Origin: Botryllus schlosseri
Lineage: Eukaryota
Direction: 5' to 3'
Assembly: GCA_051294905.1 (NCBI GenBank)
Contig: CM119373.1
Span: 6,944,001-7,008,000, forward strand
Length of the DNA: 64,000 bases
This document shows, one piece after another, positions 24,452 through 37,419 of this stretch. Below the pieces are notes generated by a model. The model was not told the DNA's origin, did not search any database, and saw only the letters and a list, made by a program, of their open reading frames with translations. A program made the position numbers and the translations under genes. Within the stretch, counting starts at the first letter, position 1. The number at the start of each line of letters is the position of its first letter.

Positions 24452-27400
24452 ATGAGAAAAAAAAAAATCAAAACATGCGAAATAAAAGAAGAAAGCAACG
24501 CACAACCCCCCTCTTTTAAAATGGAAGGCCTACCCCCCACCCAATCTCCAGAAGAAACAAATCAACAAACGGGAGTTCTTGGATGTAACCTAATCTCCAT
24601 AAATGTAAACGGTATACAGAGACGCTGGGACGAATTTAGACACTTCGTGACGAGCTCAAAATCGGACGTATACTGCGTCCAAGAAGTCCACCGCCTACAT
24701 GAAAGGAAATTTAGACTATGGGCTGATAATAACGGTCTCCTATACTACAAAAACTTCAATTCAGAACCACACAAGGCCGGAGAAAAACACTACTACAAGG
24801 GAACCACTATCCTCATAAAAAAAAGAGAAAGTGAAAGACTATACCCTTGACCACCAAATCATTGTGCCGGACAGGGTCCAGACCCTAAGCCTTAGCGCCA
24901 ACGACGAGGTCAGACTAACCATAGTAAATATATATGCGCCAACCAATAACAAAGAAAAAAAGACCTTCTACAAAGAAGTAACGCATAACCTCCAACAATA
25001 CCATGGAAACATGATCATAGCGGGGGACTTTAATATGATTACGGCCAAAGAAGATAGCGAAAAACATCACGCCTTAAAACTGTCTGAAGCAGCAAAAATC
25101 TGGAAGGAATATACAATGCAGGAAAACATTATAGACCTATACAGATGGCGCAATCCATTTACAAGATTGTATACAAATACAAACAATCTCAACTCAAGGA
25201 GAATAGACAGGGTCTATGCTACTCAAGAAATAGCCCACTCGAGAACATCAGTCAACCATCATATAAACGGAATATCAGACCACAACTACTACCTCAGAAT
25301 CATCGTAAAGCCAAAAGACCCAGAGAAATGGGGCGGCGGCTACTGGAAAAATAATACAACCCACTACACAAATAAACACTTCAGGAAAACACTGGAATCA
25401 AAATATGAAGAAGCCGCGCTAAGGAAAGTAGAATACCCCAACCACGCACAGTGGTGGGATGATTTTAAAACAAAAATAAAAAAGACTGCCATCTCCTTCG
25501 GGATAGAGGAAAAACGAAAACAAAAAGAAAAAGAGAAAACACTCCATCAACAACTCGCCTCAAAGAACCTGCCCTCGAATGAGAGAAAAACCATCCTAAA
25601 AAACTTAAAGAAAATTGAAAAAGACAAACTACACCACCAAATGAAACTGCTATACAAGGAAGAGCTAGAGGAGGACGAAAAGCCAAACCGCGAATTCTTT
25701 GAAAAACTAAAAACAAAGCAACAACGGAAATCAATCGCCCGAGTACAAAAACGATCCGGGACCATAACAGAAAACAAAGAAGAGATAATACAAGAAGTCT
25801 ACTCCTTCTACCAAGAACTTTGGCAAATGAATGAAAACACAAATGCCAAGATGCAAAAAAAACCTAGTGGAACTCCTAGAGAAAAAACTAAGTAAAGAAC
25901 AGCACGAGCAACAAGACCTGCCAATCCTAGAAGAGGAAATAAAATATGCAATCGAGCAACAAAATAAGACAAAGTCCCCCGGGCCAGACGGCCTATCGTC
26001 AGAGTTCTACTCCACCTTCTATTACCTTATTAAGGATGAACTAGTTCAACTATACAACAACGCTCTACTCCTAAACAGCACGCCCAATACATGGACGGAC
26101 TCAACAGTGAACCTCATATTCAAAAAGGGAGATCCCGAGATGCTGAAGAATTGGAGACCTATCTCCCTCACAAATGTCGACTATAAGATCATGATGAAAA
26201 TCGTAACGAACAGAATGAAAGAAAATATTGACCATCTAATATCCCCCCAACAAAAATGCGCTGTCCCATCGAGGCAAATGTCAGATCTACTACGAAATAT
26301 AAAATCGGTAATGGAATACCAGAAAGAAAAGAAACAGCCAATCATCATAGCAAACTTTGACCAGGAAAAGGCCTTTGACCGTGTCCCCCACCCCTATATA
26401 TTCCAAATATTGGAAAAATTCAATTTCGGAACCAAAACAATAAAATTGATAAAAAAAGCTATATGACAATGCCACAAGCTGCATCGGGATAAACGGATTC
26501 ATCACAGACAAAATCCCCATCAAAAGAGGGCTGAGACAAGGATGTCCACTATCGATGTATCTCTACACCCTGACAGCGGAACCCCTGATGATCAAAATTC
26601 TGGGAAACAAAAAAATAACAGGATGTAAAATTGGCAAACACAATATGAAGACACAGCAATACGCCGATGACCTCACCATCATCACGACAAAGCTGGAGTC
26701 GATCGAGAGAGCGTACGAAGAATTTGACTACCTCGAAAAAGCCACAGGGCAAAAAATAAACAAAGAAAAAACTCAGATCCTGTGCATCGGGAACACGTTA
26801 GACCACATCAGAGAACAAAAATTCAAAGGAAACTTCGTTAAAAGCATCAAGATACTAGGACAGCAATTTGGACACGATCAGGTAAACGAAACATGGGAGG
26901 GCGTCATAAAGAAAATCGAAGGAAAGCTAATGAGCAACTCCCACCGTCAGCTCACGTGGATGGGAAAAAAGAACGTAATAAACTCTTTCGCCTCCTCAAT
27001 TATAACCCTACATGCAAGGACCATACCTCCCACGCCAGAATTCACAGCACGCCTCATGAGAACGATATTCAGATATCTCTGGCATCCTGAAAAAATAGAG
27101 ATAATCAGAAGAACAACGCTCATACGAAAACCAGAAGAAGGCGGAATGAACATCCTACACCCCCAAAGCCAGGCCAAGGCATGTGAACTGGAAAAAATAT
27201 CAAAACTGTCGAGAATAGAACATCCAACGGAGTATTGGCACTTCTACGCCCTATACGAGCTTAGGCCCACGATCAGAAAATGGAACGACCCACTCTTTAC
27301 AAATAGCATGCCACACCGCACACTACTATCAAACCAATGGAAAAAGAATACAAGCATTGCCGAAAAGCTAAATTGGGAACAGGAAGACTGGCAAACAGCG

Positions 27401-28038
27401 TCACTAAAGGATATACAATGAAATATACAATGTAATGTATATACAATGAAATCAAAAATATACATGTGAATACAGACCAACAAGGAAACAATGAAATCAA
27501 CTGGAAATCGCTTGCAATGAAAAACAGATACACATTCGGCCTGATCAAAAACAAAGAAAGAGTAACAACTTACCGTATTGCCTGCGACGGATACCTATTC
27601 GGCTGGAAGAGAAAACAAAAGAATATACTAGGACACAAAACTGGGAAACTTGCTATAACATCGTGCAGACAATGTGGATGTAAAAAAGAGACACTAGACC
27701 ATATCCTATACACATGCCCAAGTGCTCGTAGGATACTTGATCGACTAGAAGCAACCCTGAGACAAGCGACGGGAGCTAAGACATCCCTAAGCGGAACGCT
27801 CCTTGCAGAAAAGAACTGGGACAAGAACAACCTCGCCACGAAACTCCTCTTGACCATATACAAAGAAAAAGTAATACAAAATCGAATCATCTTGGAAGTG
27901 GAAAATGAAATGGAAAGCGACACAACCGAGTACATAAATTCCACAACCAAACGTGTCCTGAACACGGCAAGATCCAGACTCCGCCTAAAAGGCCAACTTC
28001 CAATGATTTTAGATAGACTCCGGACTGTACTAGCGTAA
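24452..28038 (+). pseudogene. LINE ORF2 (AP endonuclease - reverse transcriptase - zf-RVT), four frame breaks
   Basis: SINVNG, VQEVH, NIYAPT, GDFN, RIDR, SDH; KSPGPDG, WRPISL, DQEKAFDRV, GLRQGCPLS, QYADD; CRQCGCKKETLDHILYTC. Breaks near 24825, 25860, 26460 and 27420. Confidence 0.93.
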
Positions 28039-29063
28039 ATGCTCAGCATCCTCCCCTCCGTGCATATGTGTATGTGGCGGGCCCATGAAACCATAAAGAG
28101 ACCATTATATTTATGTAAGTATGGGTATGTGCGCATGTATGTGTGTATATGTATATATGTAGTATGTGTATGTATATATATATGTGTATGTTATGGGGAA
28201 GCAATGATGAAAACTGTCAGACCAGACAACAACCTGCAGAAAACAGGTGTATATGCGAGCGAACCGAGAACCAAACTAGCCTGATCCCAAGAGGATAATG
28301 GCATGTCTATTGGCAACTACTGAGCTTCAAAAGAAAAAAAAAATTATCACGATCGTTGTAGTGGTAGCTCTATGGCGCCACTAGGGTGTGACGACATCGC
28401 AGGTGCCTCGGTGCTTGGTGGTCACTGGTCACGTCTCGTATATTAGACAGACCGTCAGTCACGCTACTACAATCGTAGTGCAATAGCGCGGCGCTATCGC
28501 GGCACCGATATTAAATAAGCTTTTCTCAATAGGACAACCTATAGTTATAAATCGACGTGAAGCCATTTTCTATCCTGCAAATGAGGTCATGGTGAACTGA
28601 AACAAAAAACAAGGCAATCGCAGTGTTACGGAACTTTGTCACGGTGATTACGGAAGGATTATTGCGAGTATGAGATGAAAGTGTTTTGGTACTCGACAAA
28701 GCTGAACTTAGATCCGGATACTTTTAGTTATATAACTTTTTATTACCTCAAGCTGTGGAGTTTGCACAAAAAACTGCTTCATCACTCACTGGCCCCTCGT
28801 TCTCAAATTAAAATAGCTGAGATGATGCGTTAGAATGATACATTAGGTAAGTGCGTCAGTGGAATTACTTCCTCGAATATTTTCCCGGGTTCGCAACAGC
28901 ATGACCTTGACAAATCGGCGTCATTAGCTTTTAGAGTTAAGCCGGCAAGAGTCAATCTCTTCCAACGCATTTATTCCTATACTGGAAAGCGCGCTTGCGC
29001 GTCTCTGCTGGATTTAATAATGCGTCTGTATTTTTGCGCAGTAATTCCACGAAAGGTACCAAC

Positions 29064-29188
29064 ATGAGCACGAGCAGCTTTCAAAACAACAACATGGAAG
29101 ACAAGGTTTTCCTGCAGTACGTCGGCAAAGAATTTGACGACGCTGTGTCACACCGGTCAATGCATATGCACAGACGCAAGAAATCGAG
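29064..29188 (+). CDS. Inward-rectifier K+ channel (Kir2-like), coding exon 1
   Basis: MSTSS...HRRKKSR ends AG|GTAAAT (phase 2) and joins in frame to the next exon, giving [16 protein letters not shown]. Confidence 0.75.
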
Positions 29189-29587
29189 GTAAATGGATTG
29201 AATAGCGCACCGCCTTATACCGCACGTGCAGTCATTTAGCGTCATACGCGGAAACTGTTAATAGATAGCCATCTCGTATCGCATCTACGATCTCATCGAC
29301 ACGTCATAGGTCGACCCACATTAATCCAGTGACACATACTCAAATACTCAAACGGCTGCTATGCCGGTTTAACATTAATTCTCCGCAGAAGTTGATCACG
29401 AAAGATATTATCAACGCGATGTATCAGTGTTGCCTGAAGTCTTAGTCTTTATCGTTTCCACCACTGAGTGTTAGGCGCGTGAGAATTGTAATAAAAATGA
29501 TTTGACCTCCTTGCGACCTCACCGGACTTTGGATGCTGTGTTCTTGATCTGCACAGCTCATTAAAACTATGACCGGTATGATCACAG

Positions 29588-29734
29588 GTTCATCAAAAAG
29601 ATGGGCCACTGCAATGTCAGCCACGCTAACGTACAAGGCAAACCAAAGCGATTCATAGCCGACGTCTTTACCACATGCGTGGATTTACGATGGCGTTGGA
29701 ACCTTCTTCTGTTTACTACTGCGTTCGTAGTCAG
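29588..29734 (+). CDS. KCNJ: Inward-rectifier K+ channel (Kir2-like), coding exon 2 (slide helix and start of M1)
   Basis: [50 protein letters not shown] matches the conserved Kir N-terminus. CAG acceptor, AG|GTAAGA donor, 147 bp, phase 2-2. Paralogue not assignable. Confidence 0.92.
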
Positions 29735-30176
29735 GTAAGAGCGGATAAGCCCGGTGCAGCTTTGATAATTTTGATACCATTCTATTCCCGATGTACCGTA
29801 TCACTTTATCTATATACAAACAAATGTGAAATCTCCTCAATAATCCGATTTTTGGTAAACAAGCATTGGATTCGAAACAATCACTCAGGCGGCCTCTGAG
29901 CTATTCAGTGACATCGCGAGTTTAGTGACGTTTAAGTCCAAGAAGGTATTGAGTACATGAGTAATGACGAAATAATTCGGCAAATTACCTTGTTTGTTAC
30001 GACACTGATGCGGAGCGGAGGTATCAAGTTGAACTTGGCTTATATCGCTGATCCGCTTACGGCAAAACGGCACTTGTCGCATTAGATTGTGGCCATGATC
30101 AAGTAATATTTCACCGCGATATTGAGTAGTTCGTGTTGGGATTAGGTTTGTGCAATTTACGTCTGGATCTATACAC

Positions 30177-30350
30177 CAGGGTTGTAACCAAGTCACATGG
30201 TTCCGAGTCACGAGTCAATCTTACTTTTGTGGTTTTGACTCGAGTCAAGTCGAGTCATTTTCAATTCATCACCGAGTCCAAGTCACCGTTTCAAGGGTCA
30301 AGTCCGAGTCATGGTGTTATGACTCGCGTCCAAGTCACAGCATTGAAGTC
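30177..30350. mobile_element. GAGTC/CAAGT-motif MITE
   Basis: Same motif family as 20490-20640; starts CAGGGTTGT. Confidence 0.5.
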
Positions 30351-30663
30351 ATGTTCAACCATGGCCTACTAAAAACACGGCCTTACAGTCTGCCTATTGA
30401 CCTGAAAATTAAGAGGCCTAAAGTCTACTTTCCAACCCTTACCAGCTGTGCACTCAATTGGTCAAAAGATGCGATATTGTCATAATGCTACCTGTCTCTG
30501 GTACTCTACTAACACACCGGTGCAGAATGTATGTAAAAACGGTCTATTGCAGCAATATATAACAAAAACATTAGGAACGAAATTTGCATAATCAAAGAAA
30601 AATGGGTGCAGAAACTCTTGAATTAGAGCCTTAGTAAACAAAAATCACAGCCTTACAGGACAA

Positions 30664-31345
30664 TCACTTCTTTTGCATTTGCCTCTCTTTAAATTGGCGA
30701 ACTGAGTCTTCCCTGAGTGAGGAATTCGCAAATTTTTGCTGATTATTGTAAAAAATGTTCACAATTTTCTTGAACGCGACATTTGTACAATTTTCACTAC
30801 GTGCATTGCAACCAATTCGGTATTTACCTGACACAACTTTCAACACACGTAATGCTGCACGGCGCAGAGGAACAGTGCAACAGTTAGATATGAACTGAGT
30901 AGCCGAATCTAGAACTGCGAAGGAATCAAATACAAAATGGGGCACTTGAACGGCAGGTACAGTCAACCGTCCCGTATCCACCAAACTGAAATATTCATCA
31001 TATTCCTCTTCAATTTCATCAGTCGTGAGGGATAAGCTACACTCGGTGCAGTCCATAAAATGACAGCGTTACCCAAGAATGACAGCATTACCAAGACAAT
31101 TGGGGGAGTACCTCTGCTTGTTGTTTACAACACTCCACCACATATGTATGACTTTGAGGTATCCGCCTTATCTGGAAGGTATTTGGAGCAAGCTGCTATG
31201 GTTTTTTCATCAAAGATAGCCAGTGCCAGGTTCATGCTTGTGGCCAGGATGTAGTGCTTTCTTTGTTAGCTTTGGAGCCATTCGCCAATTAGGCTACACT
31301 CCAACTGCCATGCAATATAACCAGCAGGGCTAATTATGGATATAT
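30664..31345 (-). pseudogene. P-superfamily transposase, internally deleted middle + C-terminal fragment
   Basis: HPG...NLALAIFDEKTIAA..YLP, WWSVVNNKQRYSPNCLGNAV; then C..C, LVDTGRLTVP, NIFYNNQQK...REDSVRQFKERQ. Confidence 0.65.
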
Positions 31346-33704
31346 CGCCACCTTTAATATAGAATGATGGAAAGGAAAATCGGTTCAAGTGTATCTAGTA
31401 CCCTCTGTTACACGGTGAACACTGTATGAAATTCGAGAGAATGGTTGTAAAAGAAGTGTAATATGACGAAGCATATACTTTATTGAAGTTTATTTGAACT
31501 TATATGGAACAAATGAATTTAACACCACCAAAATTTGACGAGTAAGAGTAAAGAAAAAGGTAGAATTGTAGTGTAGAGTAATCTGTGAACTTGAGGGTAT
31601 TAATGTGGTGTACGTGTAACAAGGATAAATGCTAGAAACAACCATAAATTGACAGAAGAATAATTCGTCGGCCATTTTGAATGAGTCGAAATATGAACTA
31701 GACGCCGCGGATATAATCAGCGAACTGCGGCAACATTTTTAAATCTGGCCCGATAGAATGAATATCCGTTAAAAGATTGTTGACGTGCGAGGCAAATTCA
31801 GGAAGTTATAAGGAGTCGAATTTCATAACCGTTGCCATATGGTAAACTCGACACCAAAGAGATGCGATTATAATAAAATACCTAGCCGGCCAAAGGCTCG
31901 TCACCAATGTTCCCTAAAATCTTTCACGAGCCTGCGCAAATACGCCAACTCACTGCGCCGGCCCTTGGACAGCAGTGCGCAACCAGCCCCCAGAGAGTGA
32001 TAAACAGAACTTCTGGGGGACTTTGCCAGCCAGACTCACCTCAGGCTACACGCTTTTCACCGCTACTAATCACCTATGTCTGGTCTTCGTTTAGTGGGCG
32101 TTCCAACTAAACGCGCGAAGCGCCGAAAAATTTCTATAACTTAGGATCAAAACAGCCAATATCATCAGGAATTGCGTATATTGCTATCAATTTTAATCCT
32201 GTCTATACTCACGTAATCACATTTACAGGTAAAGCTGATCGAGTGAGATGAGTTGGAAAAGGTAGGGCCCCTAAATATAATTAAATATCCTCGGGCATAC
32301 CCGTTGGCAAAATGACTTCCTTACATCGTGCTATTTCGTGATCTTCTATCTGATATGCCAAAACAATATTGAAATATATGGACACATGTAACTTTGATTC
32401 CACTGCGACGATATGGTGACATATTACGGATTACTACACAAGACAGATCAACTTACATGCACGAGAGTGCACTTGGAACCGAAACATGCGACTGATATAG
32501 GCCTATCGCGGTAAAACACTGATGTGACGTCTTAATACCGGCAATGTACTCATCACTATCAAGACATACAGTCAGATATAATGATACGAATATTCAAGTC
32601 TAAGTGAAGCAAGAACAAGATCAGCGTGTGACCTTATCGACAGAGGATACCCGTTCAAACGAATCAAATAAAATCACGAATTTGTGCTGCTTAGAAGCTG
32701 ATCTAATGCAACGCCGTACAGCGCTGCATTCCCCGATCAGCGTTTGCAAAGGGATGGATCTTTTCAACAATATTGGTGCTTGTACTTGCATATTCTGCAT
32801 ATTACCCGATATCACCATACGTGATCAGATTCGCCCGATGAGGGCTGATTTCGAACATTCGCGGCATGTAATTGTACATTAAATCTTACACTATATTCAT
32901 GCCACGCGGAGACGACTATACATTAGTTTCCCGCAGTTAAATTCGAGCTAGCCCGTTGTTATTTATAACTTTGATAAGCCATGTTATTTCGCTATTCCCA
33001 CTAAGGATTGCGCTATTGATATGATGTTAGACAGTATCGTATTTGTGGATTAAATGTTATGAAGCTTGCGTTGTACACAAAAAAACGGGCGGTCTATATC
33101 TACGTTAAAGGGAACGGGTGCGAGTGTTAGATCAAGGTCATGTAATACCTGTATGGCCCGGGCCGGATCAGACTGGTACTGCACCGGGTCCAAGCTGGCT
33201 TATATCATAAAATTGGATCACTGATCAGGCAACGGTAAATCTCACCGACCCCAAATTAAAATGAGAAAATGGGCGTCAGTATCAATAAAGTGCGAGTCGG
33301 GGTTTAATTATCACGCTTAGATTGGGTGCGCGATCTTCGAATTCTCTGTTGTATTGGAGATGGGTTCCATTGCCTAAATATCAGCTGATCTTCAGAAGTG
33401 CTGACGTACAAACTAGTATGATCAAAGCCGCATACTACGAAATTATCAAGAATTATTCGTGTGCGAGGTAGCTTTCGATCAAGACCAGATTCAGTAAGTT
33501 CTGAGCTCTGGAAGACAACTTTTGGATTGCCATAAATCCTACAGTAGCTGCCGTAAAATAAATCTGAGTAAAGCTTCAGTGAAGCGGAACGAAGCTGCAA
33601 AATCGGTCGCTGCCATTCCATGTTTACATTCTATAGTTTCATACTTTAAGATTCTGCAATAAAAAAAATTTGAAAAATTGTTTCATTCCAGTTGCACCTT
33701 AGGG

Positions 33705-33810
33705 CCTTAGGAAAAGACTACTCCAATTTATTTCGACATCTTCCTATCTTTTCATTGTATCGCCGTTTTGCGGTGTTTTCATACGATGAAAATATTATTA
33801 AATCTGATTG
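33705..33810 (+). repeat. 3' UTR fragment of the CR1/L2-group LINE family
   Basis: Similar (reverse complement) to 21575-21640 and 60085-60170: ttcgacatcttcctatcttttcattgtatcgc. Confidence 0.65.
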
Positions 33811-34831
33811 AATCTCCAAATGATGCAGTTACCAATTGGGTGAGGTACCTGAAAACTTCTGTACTTCAACACTAAAACTTCTGTACTTGAACACTAATTT
33901 GGTAGCTGATCTCAACCCTCGTCAAATTTGTTACAGGCAAGCGTGAGTTTGTGCGTAGGTTAGTCACCGTCATATATACACCTACTGAAACTTGGATATA
34001 GTAACATCTGCTTTGGTAGTGGCAACTAGCAACACAGCAGAGAATGCCTTTAGCTCCGAATTACTAACCAAAATCGAAATTGTACGAATGGACTGGTAAA
34101 CACCATCACACATCATCCAAGCCATAATTTGGTTTTCGCCTTCCTTTGTCTTAGTACAGTTACTACCAAGTCATTCCTTTGCTATGCAACGTTAGGCAAG
34201 TGTAACTTAAATCTGATCTTTTTGCAGGTCTTGGTGGAGGATACTGATGAAGAAAGTGGAACTGTGCATTAATTTACACTTTTTTGAATAATAAGTTTCT
34301 TTCATGAATAAAATGAAACTGAGCACAAACAAATCTGGTTAAGCAAGAGCATTGTTTATAAAGTAATATAGGTCATTTCCGACGTCTGGGCCTGCGATAC
34401 TTGATCAATGATCACCACCAGGTCTTGTCTTCATTGCACTATCGAATGTGCCATTGCCATCTTCGGTATCATTCTGGCCCTAGCGAAATGCAGTTTCTGA
34501 GCAAAGACGACCACGGCGCCTCAAGTCGACCAAAATCTTTTAACCTTCATGTGTGCTTTGCAAAGTTTCTGAAATATCAATTGTAAATTGGGCTGCAGAA
34601 AGGAAATTTATATTACATATTTAAAATTAGTTGTGTTTCAGAGAAAGGGACAAGGCTAAAAGGGATAGGCTGCGTCACCAGGCTCCCAATCATGAAGTCA
34701 TTCTGATAAAACATAGTGATTCTGATAAAACATAGTGCAGGAAATACATGTTTGGTACAAATGTTGCTGTGAGTCTCATTTTAAAGACGTATTTAGCCTG
34801 CTGAAAAGGATGCCCCTACAGCACAGCTAGG

Positions 34832-34985
34832 CAATGTTCCCTCCAAGCTGCGCACGTGCTGACACGGTATCTGCGCACAGAAAATCTAAGTTGCGCACAA
34901 AAAATCCTAAGTGATGACCTTATTTTTAGCCGTTACGCACTGTTGTCCAAGGGTCTGCGCAGTGAGTTGGTGAGAGGGAACATTG
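34832..34985. mobile_element. hAT MITE (154 bp)
   Basis: TIR CAATGTTCCCTC / GAGGGAACATTG; flanks cagctagg / ctgctagg (7/8 TSD). Confidence 0.88.
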
Positions 34986-36279
34986 CTGCTAGGCCTACTA
35001 TTTTCCATCAATTTGGGTTTTACTTTGAGACAAAAAGTAGCCTTGTTGGTAAGATCAATTTATCTTTCAAACTTCTTTTTCTAACATATTTTTTCCTGAT
35101 TCAAGACAAAATTTGTCCGACTTTTTTGTAGTGGTATGCTATCCAAAAACTGGCTTCATATACTGACATTCCGCCATGACGAATATAGAAAATATTACTT
35201 GGCTCTAGCAATTAATTCCATTAAAATCAACTTGTGACAGTTGCTTTCTCAAAATACATCTGAAGTTTACCTGGATCTATACATCTGAAGTTTACCTGGA
35301 TCTATAAACGATTGGCTCCGTTGGCTAGACCCCAAAGAGCGACGCAGCTACTCGGCAAGAAGGAGAAATTGAGTTCGTATAATTTGCTGGCTGCTTTTCG
35401 ATATGGTCTCGAAGCTCGTCACAGAGTATACCAAGCGTTTCTCTGTACATAATATTACATTTACCAAAACCATTATACAGCGATCACAAAGATAAAATCT
35501 GACTTTGTCGTACGCAGATGTGATCCGTGATATGTGAGATTTTAGTGGTAAATTTAATGTCGAGATGGATCCAAATTTAATACAACTTTGAGAACTAGTT
35601 TATTGAATATCAGACTTATTGAAATGTCTGGAACATATGTAAGTCATCCGTCTAGCACTTTCTTCTTGAAACCCACGTCGTACCGGAATTTGAAGATTAT
35701 CTGTAAATGAAATATAACAAACTCACTTTGTTATTGCATAATACAAAAACATCCTAGCACAACATAAATACCGTACCTTTCTAGTTCCTACTGACATTAC
35801 TAATCTTTACTGCATGGTTCAATAAACCACAACACATGCCTGTGGAACTTTTCAGCCCAATCTTTTGTCGGCATTCCTGTTATGGTCGGAATCATGTACA
35901 ACCTGTTGTTGCGTGTACTAGAGCTGCTGCAAATGGAAGGCAGCAGTATCGACCACCTCTGCTTCTCTTGTGATCTGGATCTATTGGGCTACACAACATT
36001 AACCAGCGTAGTTCTGAGCGAGTTACTGAGAAATATCATAAGATAGATGCATCCATAATAACGTACAATAAACTCTAAACTTCCAGAACTACAGGCCTTC
36101 GAGGGGAACCTACCTACGTCTTAACCTATACCAGAGCCAACGGAGACGTAATAATACAGCTGGAGAGGCTGCTTGTTACGCGTGTATGATACCGTGTCAC
36201 TAGGAGCGCTGTCGGTCAAACATAGACGGCTCTCTAACCCCAATCTCCGTGTCAGCTACGTTGTAAATTGCTATGATAA

Positions 36280-36750
36280 AACAGTTAATGGAAATTGAAA
36301 AATAAAATTGAATGGAAATTGAAAAATAAAATTGAATCACTGCAAGTTAAATGACACCGTTTTTCGTGAAATCATATTAGGACAGTTTTCATAAATTGCA
36401 AAACAATCGATCCACTGCCTTTAAATTAATTGGCACATTTCTTTATCATGAGATCACAGTTAACGGAAATTGCAAAAGAAAATAGAACTACTGCGAGTAA
36501 AATGACGCAGTTTCTCGTGAAATCATAATAGGACAGTTTTTGTAAATTGCAAAAGAAAATTGATCCACTGCCTTTAAATTAAATGACACATTTCTTTATC
36601 ACAATAGAGCAGTTAACAGAAATTTAAAAAAAGTTGAACCGTTGAACCACTTCAAGTAAAATGACAGTTTTTCGTGGAATCATATTAGGACATCTTTTGT
36701 AAATTGATCTACTGCAAGGAAAATGACACAGTTTTTCGTTGAATCATAAT
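36280..36750. repeat. Degenerate tandem array, about 75-80-bp subunits forming about 155-bp dimers
   Basis: Recurrent actgc..gtaaaatgac...tttcgtgaaatcata.taggaca and gatccactgcctttaaatt. Confidence 0.8.
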
Positions 36751-36865
36751 ACTTGAATATATGGCTGGTGGTACTGAACTTGAGTATAGCTTCCAAAACT
36801 ATATCCATTGCAATAAATAAATTATCAACTCGAAGATTTATTGTGGCTCCTTATAAAGAGTTACC

Positions 36866-37110
36866 GGCACAGTAACAGAGTTGAACGAAAACCAAATTGG
36901 CAAAGTATGACATAACAATTCAATATGAAAAAGGAACGCTGTTTGCCTGTGTAATCGGTTGTGTAGTATGTATATAATTATATTTCTTCCCATTTTTTAA
37001 TGACCTCCAGTACAGCTGATTTTGCCCAGCGTTCGTTTTTGTCATTGAATTGTTACGTCATACTTGCCAATTTGATTTTTGTTTGAATCTGTTCTTATAT
37101 GCTTGTGCCG
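36866..37110. mobile_element. Fold-back MITE with about 80-bp imperfect arms
   Basis: cggcac...caaattggcaaagtatgacataacaattcaat...gaacgctg is mirrored at 37026-37110. Confidence 0.6.
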
Positions 37111-37419
37111 AAAGGGGCGCACAAAAATGACTAGTGACTGCCACAGCCTACACTTCATTTATCATAGCTGTACGATGTACCCTGATGATAGTGTATCGAC
37201 ATATACGGTATCCATATATGGTATCCATTGACATCAGTGCATTGAAGAGCAATAATGTGTTAGATATATAATAATATATAATAACATTAACACACCCTGT
37301 TTGCGGGTGACCTACGAACGGTGGACGGCACGATAGACGGTATTGGTTCGTCCAACCATCGATCGCTCATCATCCGCAGAGTCTCTTCGTCCATGGTGTT
37401 GTTAAACAATTGTAATATC

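Larger units (their letters stand above)
22930..28343 (+). mobile_element. Near full-length L1/Tx1-clade LINE
   Basis: ORF1 with two CCHC knuckles; ORF2 with APE, RT and C-terminal zinc finger; 3' UTR and A-rich tail at 28328-28343. TSD not resolved. Confidence 0.93.

Noticed and set aside
23357-25842. Long antisense ORFs over the LINE (e.g. 23515-24345, 276 aa; 25465-25842)
   Set aside because: Expected by-product of the very A-rich sense strand; Ser/Phe/Leu-rich, no motifs.
28935-29372. TTAA-flanked GCCGGC inverted pair suggesting a piggyBac/Kolobok element
   Set aside because: Only about 6 bp of inverted match, and the interval contains Kir exon 1.
34226-34590. Apparent terminal exon (VLVEDTDEESGTVH*) and a Harbinger-like or lectin-like fragment
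   Set aside because: Too short or degenerate to assign; no upstream partner exon identified.
35850-35915. LSAFLLWSESCTT resembling the Kir pore helix (SAFLFSIETQTT)
   Set aside because: No IGYG filter, in-frame stop follows and no usable splice sites; likely chance.
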